This document shows, in pieces, positions 11,052 to 23,503 of a stretch of 64,000 nt of DNA. Under the pieces are notes generated by a model. That model did not search any database and was not told where the DNA came from. It saw nothing but the letters and a program-made list of their open reading frames with translations. How positions within the stretch are numbered: position 1 is the first letter of the stretch; each line of letters starts with the position of its first letter. The translations under genes were made by a program, and so were the position numbers. The stretch spans positions 2,852,001 to 2,916,000 of the forward strand of contig OZ287069.1 in the NCBI GenBank assembly GCA_965645245.1. Direction: 5' to 3'. Source of the DNA: Massalongia carnosa. Its lineage: Eukaryota.

Positions 11052-12535
11052 AGGATTTCCATCGTTTCGGCCGCTGTGTTCGATGTGACCTGAGTTCCTG
11101 CCGTTAATGCTACGGAATCTGCACGAGGCCTACCCAGCACTGGTTTTGCTAAGGCCTTTACCATATTTTCAGGATTCATGATGCCTATATTAGCCCAGGT
11201 AGGTGCGTCGTCTCCCCGATGAGGGCCCGGGGGTGTGCCGGATGAGGGCGTAGCGTTGTGTATTTTTCTTTTCTTGCCGTTTACTATCTTCCACGTTGAC
11301 GGAATTTCGTCCGTTTGTGTGACTGTGGGTGTCGACTCTCGTTGAAGTTGAAATTGAAATGAGGGCGGCTGTGATTCAATTGCATAGAGGGGGGCGCGGT
11401 TTTGCATTGCTATTTCAGTTTTTCGCTTTTCAGCTAATCTGACTTTGCATGCTGTGGACCATGCCTCGTGTCCCTTCTCTCCGCATACGGCGCAACGGCG
11501 GTATTGTCCCGTTGTCTCCAGATTGCATTCTTTGCTTTGATGTCCACCGGCGCAGTGACCACAGGCGGCGGGATTGCGGCATGCTCTACCGATGTGTCCG
11601 TATTTTTGGCAGTTGAAGCATTGAGTCATGGTGCAACCACGTGTGAAGCGCTCGCAGTCCTTTATTTCGTAGCTTTCCATTAGGCCCTCGGTGATGAGCC
11701 GGTTAGCCATCTCGGCGGTGGCGACCTCTATATGAAGCGTCGAGTACGCTTTTTTCTCTCTAATGGCCTTGATTGACCAGGCTACTTTGACGATCTTCAG
11801 GTTAGGGTGCAGGCGTGCGTTAGCGGCCTGAAGGTAGGTGATGGCTGTTGATTGATTGGCCACTTTGATGTTTTCCACCCTGATTCCATTCGCTCTTACG
11901 GTGAAGGTGCGGGTGTGCACCGCAGCTGAGGCGGCCACCATGCGGGTCTAATCGGTCTTCTCCTGCAGGGTCTTCTTTGCTTCCAATGACTCTGCGTGAA
12001 TCCTGATGTCGCCGTTTAACAAACGCGACACTCCCCTTATTCCTTCAGCTCCATTTTGTAGTGTTTCTACTAACTCCTTGGTTGGCATTAGCTTCATTTT
12101 TTCCTTGTCCGCATCCTCCGTGATGTGAACGGTGATTTCCCGGGCACGTCGCGCTTCTCTTGGTGTGGGTGCTTTGTCTTTGCGGGCCTGTTGAGGCTTG
12201 ACGTTTTGGTTCTTTGGGGGTGCGGGCTCATCTCGGCCTTGCCTTGTGGCAGCAGCGGCATAGCTGCGAGGAGTGGTCTCATTGCGCTCTATGCGTGTCA
12301 ATGATTGTTGGATTGCCTGTAATGTGTCACCTATGTTGTTGGGAGTTTCTGCAACTTTGTCATCGACTAGATTTTGCGCTTGCAAAATTTCCGCAGAGTT
12401 TCTCAGCAACTGCAACGCCTCCGGGTCACCAACGGTGCCCACTCGATCAAGATACTCCTTGATCTTTACGTGTAAAAATTCCCTCCTTTCGCTGTGCGCT
12501 CTCGAGAGCGCGTTTGTTTGTTCGAGTGTAGTCAT
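11048..12535 (-). pseudogene. LINE ORF1 (gag-like, CCHC zinc knuckles) with one in-frame TAG
   Basis: ORFs 11948-12535 and 11048-11941 are in the same frame, separated by GAT-TAG-ACC-CGC-ATG; knuckles CFNCQKYGHIGRAC, CGHCAGGHQSKEC and CAVCGEKGHEAWSTAC. Confidence 0.9.
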
Positions 12536-12701
12536 TTTCGCGACAAGTTTATTTCGGCGGATGTTATATTGATGCCTAAAGATACCATACGAGAATAGTA
12601 TATGGATACAGCCAAACTTCGTAAGTGTTCATTAAAGCTGCAAATCAACTGAATTCTTTCTAGCCTCTAAAAGCCTCTCAGGGCCTCCATTCCGCATTGT
12701 T

Positions 12702-13461
12702 TTGATGGCAAAATTGTCTAGTGCACCGGAATTTCTCGACTCGATAGCCATACCATCCTTTTTCAAACTTCTTCGCACTTCCTCGGAGATACGTGATCTC
12801 ATCTACTTCCTCACCTTTTGCACGTCAGCTGAATTCGATCAATTCGCATATTTTCCAACCATTCCTCATCTCAAAGGCAAAATTGAGACACTCGATACCA
12901 AAAGTCAAGAAATAGTTGAGAGGAGAGTCGACATTCAACTAGTCTTAGGTCTCTTCATCTAGCGTCTTGCCGGATCAGCCGGACATCACTTATGATCATG
13001 AGAAATTCCTGTAGCGCAATTTCTTCTTCAAATATTAAACCCTTCCCTCAGGGCCCTGGAGATAAGCGATCAAGCATTTTAGCGCACCAGCCGTATGCTA
13101 TGTCTTTCAAGGACAAGCAGAAGAGATGGTCTACGGCCCTGAAAAAGATTCTAAACACGATTGTGGAGATACTCCCAAGCCTGCAAATGGTAAGACTTCT
13201 GGTCCTTACGGAGATCGACTCTACAGGAGGTAAAATCAGAGTGGTAAAATAGCGGTGTTGCTATGCCGGGCTCTCTGTCCGATTCTGCCAACTGACCATG
13301 TGCATATCTGCTTTACCCATGTCATGATGTTTCATGCTTTACAGATGAACGAACAGCCAGAGCTACCTCAGATACGCGAGGTCTTCGAAAAACTGGGAAC
13401 CCTGTTGGACGAGAAGGTGAAAATCCGGACTGAGGAAGAGTGGAAGATGTCTTCCGAGTGA
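12702..13461 (+). pseudogene. Probable decayed gene with an N-terminal F-box-like motif
   Basis: FFKLLRTSSEIRDLIY resembles the FL.LP.EIR..IY motif; the downstream frames are fragmented. Confidence 0.3.
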
Positions 13462-14764
13462 GTGTTGACGCTGGAATTACTCTTGCCACCAACACTGTAT
13501 TTGGGCCCAGCCGTAATTTGCCGGGCAGTCAAAATTTGGGTGGGGTGGGAATCCTTCTCAGTCTCGATTGCAGATTATTTCTTTGAAGAATTAGTGCCGT
13601 CCTGATGATTCGCAATGCTCGGTTTACTTTTACCCTTTTAGGTTTGTAGACTACCAGAACAGAGCGTACATAATCGGCTGATCAACCTCAGCTAAGAAAC
13701 ACGGACGCTTTACTGCAGCAGACACAATTACTTAATAGATTTCGAAGCTGAAGCATCACACACGAAGATGGTCCGTCTTGGAGACGTGTTGCTGACGATC
13801 GTCGACGAAATTGGCCCGATTGTGGGTCAATGATTCCCTTCGGATGCCACATTTGTCTCTCACATACACATTCTTATCGGCTTCTTCGTATCTGGAAGTT
13901 TTCTTTCAGAGTTAACTCGTTGACTTGGCTTGATGCACTCCAATGGATGAAACTTGCAGTCTGCAAAGGCGGTGCTCTACAGCCTTGCTCGGTGGACAAC
14001 GGAGCTTATGCACGTCCCGAAGCTTGCCACTGAGACCCGGTGTCTCCTGAATCCAATCTTTTGCACTTAAGAGTGCTGTGATCTTATAGAAGCTGGACTC
14101 TCCTTTTCACATTCCATAGCCTATTCAAAGAAGTTCTCACCCTAAGGATAATAAAACCACAATTGATTGTCTTCGGGTAAGTGAAAGCGTAACGAAAGCT
14201 TCGGATAAGCAATTTCTGTACTTCACATCAGCGCATAAGCATTTCCTGCACCTCATGCAGATTTCTTGAGGTGCGCCTCAACGAATTCTCACTCCTCGCG
14301 AGCTATTGGTTGGAAAGCTGCCATATCCACCGAATCCTAGCCTTCATCTAGGTCCGTTTCCCAAAGGAATGCTAAGCTGGCTGGATAGCTTTACATCCGA
14401 AGCCAATAGCAATCCGCTATTGTGAACTCCAGCACCACTTTCATCCCAGCCATCGTCACACTGGCCCATACCGCCTCAGTTCCTTTTCCTATGACCATCA
14501 CCGTTAAAGGTTTAGAAGACATGCACGCAAACGTGTACTTACGGACGTGCTTACCTAAATCACCGCAATGCCCTCTGAGAATGGGTGAACTCTCCTTGTT
14601 GCTTGGATTCTCTGGGGTTAGGGGATGATCTAGTTCGCGAACGACTCTGGTGCAAGTATTTACCAACTACTTTGTGCTATTTTAGATATGTATGTAATAT
14701 GTACACGCCGAATTGAAGATTAGGAGTTGCCATTTTGTCGGGGATGGGAACACCCCTGCTTTAA

Positions 14765-14895
14765 AGGGAGCTAAAAGGGAGCACTAAAGAGCACTAGGAG
14801 AGCACTAGGAGAGACTAGGGGAGCAGAGAGGGAGCAGAGAGGGAGCAGAGGGGGAGTAGAGGGGGAGCGTAGGAGAGCAAAGGGGGAGCAGAAGC
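14765..14895 (+). repeat. Degenerate ~11-bp purine-rich tandem repeat (GGGAGCAGAGA / GGAGAGCACTA)
   Basis: Visible degenerate tandem units. Confidence 0.6.
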
Positions 14896-15970
14896 ACGAA
14901 ATGAGTTTTAGTGCGGGAGCAATGCGGCAATACAATAGTTAATAGATGGTCACGTGTTATTTAGAACTCGAGAATACTATATCTATACTAAATATATGCT
15001 TCTCCCCTCCAGTCCAGTCGACCCAGAGAAGACCCCAAAAATCAATCCCCACCGATCGCACCAATTTCCCCAAAAAGGGGTACTCCGTCCTCAGCACTAT
15101 GCCTGTGCTCTGTAGTTACCACTTACCTCGCCGGCTGCGCGGGGAATCCGAACCCATGGGGCTGGGAAAACAAACCTCCCTGTACAGAATACCTACCTAT
15201 CTGGGCTGGGCTGGTCTGGATTTGGGTTTGGGGTTTGGGTTGGGTAGGATGTAGGTATTGCGTTGGATTTTATTTTGGATGATGTTATTGGGGGGGGGGG
15301 GGGGGTTGGGAAGGTGTAGGGTTCGTTGCTTGGTAGGCAGGTCTCAAGCATGAATGCGTGTAGGTATGCGCCTGTGTATGATAGGAGATAAGGGAGAGGA
15401 TTGCCTAGTTGGAAAAGGGGTTTTAGGATCCCCCAAAGAATGGGGTAAAAGGAGGGAGGTTACTTGGTGGAAAGAAAATGTCAGAGGAGTCGATCTCGCC
15501 GGTATGCAAGGTACCAAGGAAGAAAACAACGGTTTTCTTGTTCCTTCTAAGTGGTTCTTATTAGATAATACAGCGGAACACCTGAAAGACAAGATTGCCT
15601 CCCATTTTCGGTTCTACCATATTCTGCGCATACCCAACCTGGCCTGCTGGTATCCATCTCCGCCCATCTGTCTCATCCATGGCGCTGGGAAAACTCCAAC
15701 TCATCGTGACTGCCTCGATAGGATCCAAAAGGAAATCTTCAGCCGTAGTCTACAGTTGGCTAATCAGAGTGCCGGGACCTGCTTCCAATCAATGGTACCG
15801 ACAAGTAGTCTTGCAAAATGGTTTCACTGTTCGCGAATCTGACCCCGAAGCTCCGTTAGCTATCATTGGTCGGTTTGACGACGGTTTCTGAGGAAAAAGG
15901 AACGTTGTGATACCAGGAAGAGCCGGGGATAGACCCCCTATTCGAAGTGTCAACCAAAAACCCATCTCCC

Positions 15971-18682
15971 TTATTGCAAAATCTGTGTGATTCGTCCAAC
16001 ACAGCCATCAAGACCAAGCCGACCCTTTTCACCGCCCTCGGTCCGTCCCACACTAAGCCCGCCCGCTGGCATAACGAGAACTTGCACGCCCACCTCCATC
16101 CATTCACGACCAGTCACGAATTGAAAAGCAACGTCCTGCCCCCGCGCCGAATCGCTGGCGGAAAATCCCGCGCCGTCCTCGTTGCCGTGACTACAGTCTA
16201 AGACAAGAATCTTGTCATGGGGAATCGTTTCGGCGTGCGTGGTTACTGACAGGATCCTTGCCGAGGCTCGAATGCTGGCAATGTAAACGATAATCAAGCT
16301 TCCAGGGACCATCAAGCGAGACTGGTTACCATCAAACACGGCGATAAATCCGCGGTACGAAGGCAGTTGCTGGCCCAAAACGTTGTCTGACGCTTTGAGC
16401 AACACCATTCCCTTGCGGATGCGCAAGTATGGAGTCAAGCCCGCGCTAGGGCCTGTAGCATTACGATCACCAAACGTGATGCCCACAGTACCGACTTGAC
16501 CCGCCAACAGCTTGCGTACAGGGAGCCGCAGATTTCGAATACTCATAATGCGCACCTTCTGCCAGCCAGGAATTGTAGAAGAGCCCTCTCGATTAGGCGC
16601 CCTAGCCGTAAAGTCGCCTGAACAAGGTCGATCATCATAGGTAATGCATAACCTCTGCGAGCTCTCTTTACCTTGCCCAGGAAATGATTTGGCTCGATGG
16701 AGTTGGCTCCTTTGGGATTCGCTGACTGTCACGTTTGCTGTGGAAGGGCCCACAAGTACCTCGTCGCCAGCCATGAGTGTTCCATAGCGAAGATGGCCAC
16801 TCAGAACTATTCCATGAATGGCTCTTCCTGGCCTAGATCCGAAGTGCCCGTCGGACATGGTAAAGAAGTCGTCAATATGAAATAAGAGGTCATGTCGAGC
16901 GGTTTCTAGTCTAGAGTCCAAGCAATTGCGGACGTCATCTAATTGCGGTATTGGAAGGTGACGGAGAAGAGCGTGCAATTGGCTAATCCCCCTCCCAGTT
17001 ACAGCGCTGGTCAGCACGATAGGTACCCAAAGATGTATCTGGTTCTGCTTAACACGATTTATGTCTTGTTGCACAACCTCTTCTTCGGATTTGCCCAATC
17101 GTTGAAGTTGGAGCTCCTGATAAGAAGGATCGTTGGTAGGAAAAATATTGGGCTGGCGCCCCGAGGACTTTAGCATGGATAGAATCTTAGCCAGCGTTTG
17201 ACGCAGTCCCCGCTTAGAAGTAAGGTCATACTTAGTAACAACTACGACCAATGGCAAGTTTAGCTTCAGGCAGAGAATAAGGTGTGCTCTCGAATCATCT
17301 AGATAGACACTATTGGAGCTAAGAGTTTCTTGGGAGACTAGAATTTCCCCGGATTTACTTGTGCTGACATCTTCATCGTTTGCAGCGACGCAACATATAG
17401 TCCAATGAGGCGCCCATGAAACAAGACCACGCACTGTGGTTCGAAAATATCTTGGATGCCCGGCCGAATCGGTGCAGAATACCAAGCGACCTGGCTCCGA
17501 GGCGCTATGAATATCATTCCAGGAAGAAACGTTTCCGGAAGCGTAGTTGACGACGCTGACCGAGGAATGTATACCCTGGCTACCGTCTCTCATGTCATGA
17601 TAGCCAATGAGTTCAGGCGTCACTGAGCTACTGATACCCGATATAATCTCATGCCGATGCTTCAGCAGACTCAGCCTGCTTTTCCCCCTACCATTGTCCA
17701 GCGTTGAAGTCGATAAAGTCCCGAGCAGAGAAGACTTACCAGAAGTAGTGCTTCCTGTCAATGATACACGAAGCTGCTCAGTCTGCGATTCCACTCTTTC
17801 AATCTTAGGGCTTTGAGAGATGCGCTGAGCTTCAAGTACCCTAGCCGCACCTAAATCCTCTGATTCCATGATTATTGCATGCTTGTTTGAATCATGACTT
17901 GGCGTCACCAAAGCTTCTGCAACCCATAAATTCTCTGTATGAGCTTTTCCTATTGGAAACACTGCCTGCTGAATTTCTTCAGTCCATTGACACTTACCAA
18001 CAAGGACCATTCGGAGGACCTTGACCTTACAGCCAAGGCTAAATGCCATTGCACGTAAAGTGGTCAAACTTTCCTCCAATTCATCTTCGGTGAGGCCGAC
18101 AAAGGTTCCATCATCCGAAACTCCGATTTCGTACAAGGCTCCTTGAGTTCCCTCCAGCCCTGGAAGCAGCTTCTCCGGGCCGCTGAGCGAGCGGTTTGCT
18201 TCTATTTGGGGTAAGACAGGCACCACCAACGCAGATGTGGAAGAGGAATGATACGGAGAAGACTGCTGAAGCCGCCATAGCAGCTGCGTCGTCAGATGTT
18301 GCAATCGGTTTTGTCTCGATTGGCTACTTGGGGTTGGACCAGGGGATAATTTTGGTTGTTTGAGCTCGGCTTTCATATCTAATTGCAGCCCTCGCGGTTT
18401 GGACTGATGAGAGCCAGATACATGCTGAACGGTCGATAAGGTAGTGAAACTTCGCCGCGGCCTTAGTAATAGATGCAGCTTGTACTCCGTTGGACCCTCT
18501 TGGGGTTCAGCTTCAAGTTTTACGATACCACAATCTGCCAACATCGCAACCGGAGGAATCTCCCTGGCTGCCAGACCAGTCATTAGTTCTCCCGACCTAT
18601 GCACGGAGTTCGGAGAAGGCTGGATGGGCCATGGCGATGACAGCTTCCGGGGATTCGGCTCAAAAGAGAACACTGAAGCCAT
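15971..18682 (-). CDS. GTPBP1/GTPBP2-like translational GTPase
   Basis: LEAEPQEGPTEYKL, GALYEIGVSDDG, G1 GSTTSGKSS, LLKHRHEI.SG, G3 DSAGH and G4 TKYD, followed by EF-Tu-like barrel regions; likely ATG (MASVF) at 18682. Confidence 0.85.
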   Translation of the reverse strand: MASVFSFEPNPRKLSSPWPIQPSPNSVHRSGELMTGLAAREIPPVAMLADCGIVKLEAEPQEGPTEYKLHLLLRPRRSFTTLSTVQHVSGSHQSKPRGLQLDMKAELKQPKLSPGPTPSSQSRQNRLQHLTTQLLWRLQQSSPYHSSSTSALVVPVLPQIEANRSLSGPEKLLPGLEGTQGALYEIGVSDDGTFVGLTEDELEESLTTLRAMAFSLGCKVKVLRMVLVGKCQWTEEIQQAVFPIGKAHTENLWVAEALVTPSHDSNKHAIIMESEDLGAARVLEAQRISQSPKIERVESQTEQLRVSLTGSTTSGKSSLLGTLSTSTLDNGRGKSRLSLLKHRHEIISGISSSVTPELIGYHDMRDGSQGIHSSVSVVNYASGNVSSWNDIHSASEPGRLVFCTDSAGHPRYFRTTVRGLVSWAPHWTICCVAANDEDVSTSKSGEILVSQETLSSNSVYLDDSRAHLILCLKLNLPLVVVVTKYDLTSKRGLRQTLAKILSMLKSSGRQPNIFPTNDPSYQELQLQRLGKSEEEVVQQDINRVKQNQIHLWVPIVLTSAVTGRGISQLHALLRHLPIPQLDDVRNCLDSRLETARHDLLFHIDDFFTMSDGHFGSRPGRAIHGIVLSGHLRYGTLMAGDEVLVGPSTANVTVSESQRSQLHRAKSFPGQGKESSQRLCITYDDRPCSGDFTARAPNREGSSTIPGWQKVRIMSIRNLRLPVRKLLAGQVGTVGITFGDRNATGPSAGLTPYLRIRKGMVLLKASDNVLGQQLPSYRGFIAVFDGNQSRLMVPGSLIIVYIASIRASARILSVTTHAETIPHDKILVLDCSHGNEDGAGFSASDSARGQDVAFQFVTGREWMEVGVQVLVMPAGGLSVGRTEGGEKGRLGLDGCVGRITQILQ

Positions 18683-19441
18683 GGTGAAGCACCGTACCGC
18701 CCTCGGACCAAGTGGCACTATCTTTTGCCGGGGATTCCGCCACTGTTTCAAGTCTTGCGTGACGTGGAGGACCTCCGGCGCCGTAATATTGCAGTGTGGC
18801 GTGAGGATGCTAAACACCTCCTGTTGGAATGAGAGCGGAGGATATGAAACAGCTGCGACAACGAAAGTAACATCTTGGCGAAGCAAAAGGCACACTGGTT
18901 GATTCGTTGGGGGGTGTCGTGGAATTGACTTGTGAGACGAAGATGCCTACATGGACCGGCTGAAGGAAAGTACAAACGGCATGATCTCGGCAGTGCCACG
19001 CGAGGAACTATTTTTGTTGGGTTTCAAGGCTGATGTGGCGTATGAAGACAACGGTTGGATACAGATGCAACTGCTGAATATCAGAATGGTTCAGTCGGCG
19101 GGAAAAAGAGGACGAACGGCGTTTGAAGTAAATGCTCGGGTAAGGAAAGATGCGCTTTATACTGTGTACAGCGATGAGTTCGCGTTCGGTGTGATACTTA
19201 TCGGAGATACTGAATTGAAAGCACCTATCCGTTTGTTTGATCCGGTCTGATCTGGTGAACGATGAACGATGACTCAGAGCCAGGAATTAGGGAGTATGGC
19301 TCAACAAGGTAGTTCGTTGCGCGCTATCTCTCCGTGCTTCAGCCTCGCGTTGCTATTGATAACGTAAGCTTATCTTGCTTACATAAGTACTGTCGACAGC
19401 CGTAAAATGCACTAACGTTCAATTAGAGAATTTACTCTGTA

Positions 19442-20689
19442 CACTACTAGGCCAAAAGTCTGCGGCCCCGCACCCCACCAACAAGAATTCCCCCAAAAAT
19501 TATTTTTAATATTTAGTATACCATCCTTCCGACGCTATACACGCTTTTATCCTCCTATTCATGCTCTCTATTAACCTCCTCATCATTTTCACATCTATCA
19601 ACGTCCAGGCTTCTTCTAACGCTTTCTAAAGTACCTCACGAACAGTTTCATCACTGCCGATCACCAAATCTATGTTCGGGTTGACTTGATAGACGAGCTT
19701 TTTGAGCACATACCAAACGTGCTCGATGGGATTTAAATCAGGTGAATAGGGGGGCCAATCGATGACCTCTATGCCGTTCTCATTGAACCATTCCATCACC
19801 TTTTTAGCCTTATGTATAGGTGCGTTATCCTGCATGAAAATGAGGCCCGGTTGCCAAATTCCAAGCAGATTATCGTTCAATAATTCCATATATGAGTTCG
19901 CCGAGTACCCCATCTTCTTCGCAGCAAAATCACGAGCCAATTTGTAAAGATCTGACCTGTCATCTCCCCAAAAAGCTGCCCAGACCATGACACTGACTCC
20001 TTTGCCTTTGGGGACAGGTTGTATATCATCTCTTTATTCCATTTTTCTTTCGGCAATCTGAACACCCACTGACGCTGTTTTCCTGACCCCTTTTCCACCG
20101 AGCACTCATCTGACCATATAACTCTTGACCACTGCTCAAAAGTCCACTCACGCCGCAGCAAGCACCAATCCAATCGTTTCTTGGCCACCTCAGGCGTCAA
20201 TAAAGGTCGTTTTTTAGCCACCCAGTTGGTTAAACCATACAGTTTGAGTGCCCGATAAATAGTCGTACGACTGCAGCCGAGCCCCACTTCTAGTTTGATT
20301 TGTGCATAGGTGATTCGTGGATTGATTCGTGCATGCTTGATGATATAACGTCGATCGCGTTCTGACAGCACTTCAGGCCATCCAGAACGTGATTTAGACA
20401 CGCCGTCGTTGCGAATTGAGTGCTTCTGAATGGTGCTCTGCACGGTCGATTTAGTGAAATTAAGAGTCTTCCCAATCTCGGTCGGTGTGTGCCCCAACGC
20501 CTGGGCCCCAACAATCATACCACGTTGATATGGCGTCAATTCAGTGTTACGAGGCCGATTACCACTTATGGGGGTCAAAGAAGCACGAAGCATGGTGAAA
20601 TGATGAGGTGGAAGATAGGGGGTTGATGAGTTGAAAACGCGAAATCACGAAAATTACGGGTTGGGCCGCAGACTTTTGGCACGGGACTG
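19442..20689 (-). mobile_element. Tc1/mariner DNA transposon with disrupted transposase
   Basis: Flanking TA at 19440-19441 and 20690-20691. Imperfect 27-bp TIRs: CACTACTAGGCCAAAAGTCTGCGGCCC and CAGTCCCGTGCCAAAAGTCTGCGGCCC. Confidence 0.9.
19506..20593 (-). pseudogene. Tc1-family DDE transposase, one frameshift and one premature stop
   Basis: HTH (ELTPYQRGMIVG), WSDE, FMQDNAPIH, WPPYSPDLNPIEHVW and C-terminal GWYTKY; frameshift near 20022 and TAG at 19626-19628. Confidence 0.9.
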
Positions 20690-21162
20690 TACATCACTCG
20701 GACGCCTCGAGATAAAACAGCAACGACGTATTTTGCAGCGCCAACGTTTCTAAAATAATTGCTTTGAGAGTAAGACGAATCAATAGAAAAACAAAAAGAC
20801 TCAGGTCTACTCTGTATTGCTTGCTGTAACGACAGGCGAAGGTCTTTGGTCTTATTCTCATCCTCATGGGAAATAAACGTCAGCCCAAACAGAGATCGGA
20901 GAAATACATCCCACCTCCTGGCGTAGATGCGGGTTCAGAATAGCTCATCTATTGCCTTAATACAACACTTCCCCCCAACGCCCGCCCTGGAAGTCGAACA
21001 AATCCCCCAATTCTCCAAATTCCCCCTAAAACCCGGATGTATGTTTAAACCCGATGCTTTTCTAAACGCTAAGCCCAAAATGCCGAACCCGCGCTATGCT
21101 ATGATGTAACAAAAATGGAATCCCCTCGTAAACTGCACGTTGGTTCCAGGAGCGATTAGCAT

Positions 21163-22650
21163 TCAATGCTCCTCCGAAGATCGCTTGGTGCACTTGTCAT
21201 GTGCTAAATGTCCATTGCGTGCAGTGGTTCGAGTAAATTCCGCTCCACATCGTGGACAGTAAGATTTGGTTGCCGTACCGGATTTTTCACGTTGGTGGCG
21301 CAGCAAATTGCTGAAAGTAGAAAACTGACGGCCGTTACACCCGTGATCCCAACATTGCGGCCTTGACCGAGTCTCAATGATGCGGATAGGCTCATCCGGA
21401 ATGGAAGATATCGAAGGAGCTGCAGACGGTCGTCTGCTGCGATATCCCGACTGTGATGAATTGTCCATGGGCGGCGGACCTGGTTCTTGAGCTCTTCATC
21501 GTGCGTTAGCATGCTAACCACGTCCTAAGTGGTTGAACCACTTACGGAGCATACATTGTCTGCGGGTTCACGTTCTCTAAGCCATAGGCGGCTGGATAGC
21601 TCATGTTGTTGTATGTGGTGGGTGATCTAACATCAAAAGATCAGAAATTGAATTTGTCCGGGGCCTTATCCTATTTTTGCTAACCCAGATATTGCCCCCA
21701 TGTAAGATCCATGAGCCGAAGAAATAGAGCCCGTTCGACCATACGTGGCGCCTCCAAGACTGTTACTGACGTCGTACGACGAAGCGGTAGAAGAAGCTGC
21801 GTACGAGTTAGTTGAAAGACTCATATAATGCGCCTTGCTCGACCTCGCGTTCGAGGCGCATCGCATCCTCGTCCTTCTCATACGGACTTTGGATTCGCGG
21901 CGGGTTTCTTGCAGATTTTGCCGCCTTTGCTAAGAAACCTAGCGCTCATCGGTCCCGAATCCGTGCGAGGTCGAGCTTGGCAAAATGGAGGGGCCAGAGG
22001 GACCAGACATACTGCGACGTTGAGAAGCCTCCACACCAGAAAATGAATATTCTAAGTTTCCGGTTCAGCGCTTCGGTGTTGCAGATATAGGAAAGCACCA
22101 CATACCACCACCCCGGATGGCCGGTGACCGAGCAGAGTTGTACGAGCCTTGCTCCCGGAAGTTAACCCCCATGGGATCTGAGGGGAAGGCGAAATTGCTT
22201 TCAGCCAGTTAACATTGGAGTTCGATGCAGATGAACATTGACGTACCTCATGTCTGTTCTTGGTAACACGGTAGGGTCCGATGAATCCTGGAAATCCGCC
22301 GTGTTGGGATCGATCTGATAATCTAGAGGATTCGAATCTAATCCTTCAAAGATAGGAGTAGGATTTGCGCGAATAGGATCAATAAAGCTTCCCGATGAAG
22401 GCGTTCGGGTACAAGTACTAGGATCAAACCCAGACTCCAGATAGCTTGAAGAAAGCTCACTTCGAGGATACAGCGAATGTCGATAGCATGGATCAGAGGT
22501 TTGATATGGCGATGGAATAGACAGATGCTGGCTGCGGGCAGTTTCGTTCAGATGGAGACCCTGAAAGGTGGTTTCGGTAGTGGAAAGGCTGCGATCTCTA
22601 AAAGGACTGTTTCCACGTGAGTGGGTGGACGCACGGTGGGGACGTGACAT
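21163..22650 (-). CDS. Fungal C2H2-type zinc-finger protein (multi-exon)
   Basis: Terminal exon [26 protein letters not shown]...[17 protein letters not shown]; an intron with GTAAGT/GCTAAC near 21495-21544; Ser/Pro-rich 5' exon from MSRPHR. Internal exon structure uncertain. Confidence 0.7.
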
Positions 22651-23444
22651 AGTAAAATGAGTGGTGTGATGCGGCGAAAATGAAAAATACACGATTCAAG
22701 CACGAAATTTTAGTCTTTTGCTACTTACAGTTCGCTCTAGATTGAATATAAGTAGGCGTCTCTTTGAATCCAGTGTTTTTTGGCATGTCGTCAAAATGCT
22801 CTTCGCCACGGCGTGAGCTGTTCTAATACTTGAAGGAATATAAGCTCTGCCTCGCTAGGTTTTTAATTGGCTGGTTCTTTAGCCCTTGCGAAATCCTGAA
22901 GGATCACATCCCTGACAGGCCATACTCTCCACCCAGAAACTATAAGAACCAACAAGCCAAAGAAGGCTCAACGGCTCTGCGATAGGATCTGTCATCTTGA
23001 TCCAAGTACTATTCAGGGACTCCGATCGCCCCGCTAGAAGCAGCAGGCTGAGCAAAGAAAAACGTTCGTAGACTAAACGATGGTGGGGGTTCGCAGTGAA
23101 CGTTAACATGAGACAAACAGGCTACAGACGTTCATACTGAATCTCAAGCTCACTGCCATTATTAGTTCAAGAACACATGATCTTAATCTAATGCAAATGG
23201 TAGGGCTCGAATAACCGACCCAGAACTCTTAGCTGCAGACCCAAGCTGGACTTCTGGTGATGAGGGGTGTAAGTGCATGCTTGCATGATTTGGTATAACA
23301 CATAGCAGCCACGAATCAACTAGTTTTCCCAAAAGTCGTCCGCAGCGTTCCGTGCTGGGCCTGTTTCAGATCGCTTCATAGCCTTGTGGAAAGTAGTGTC
23401 GTCGAAATAAGTCTACCAGTCAGAATGTGAGCTGGTTTGGATTG

Positions 23445-23503
23445 TATTGTTGTTGTTCTTGTTGTTGATGCTGCTGCTGCTGCTACTGCTGCTTCTGCTG
23501 CTG
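23445..23503. repeat. (TGT)n(TGC)n trinucleotide microsatellite
   Basis: Direct inspection. Confidence 0.7.

Larger units (their letters stand above)
7447..12620 (-). mobile_element. Tad1-clade LINE (non-LTR retrotransposon), apparently full length
   Basis: Gag-like ORF1, APE-RT ORF2, structured 3' UTR and (CAT)n tail at 7447-7468; 12-bp TSD GTAAGTGTTCAT at 7435-7446 and 12621-12632. Confidence 0.95.

Noticed and set aside
13830..15891. Several short ORFs and a G17 run near 15289-15305
   Set aside because: No recognisable domains; low-complexity intergenic sequence.
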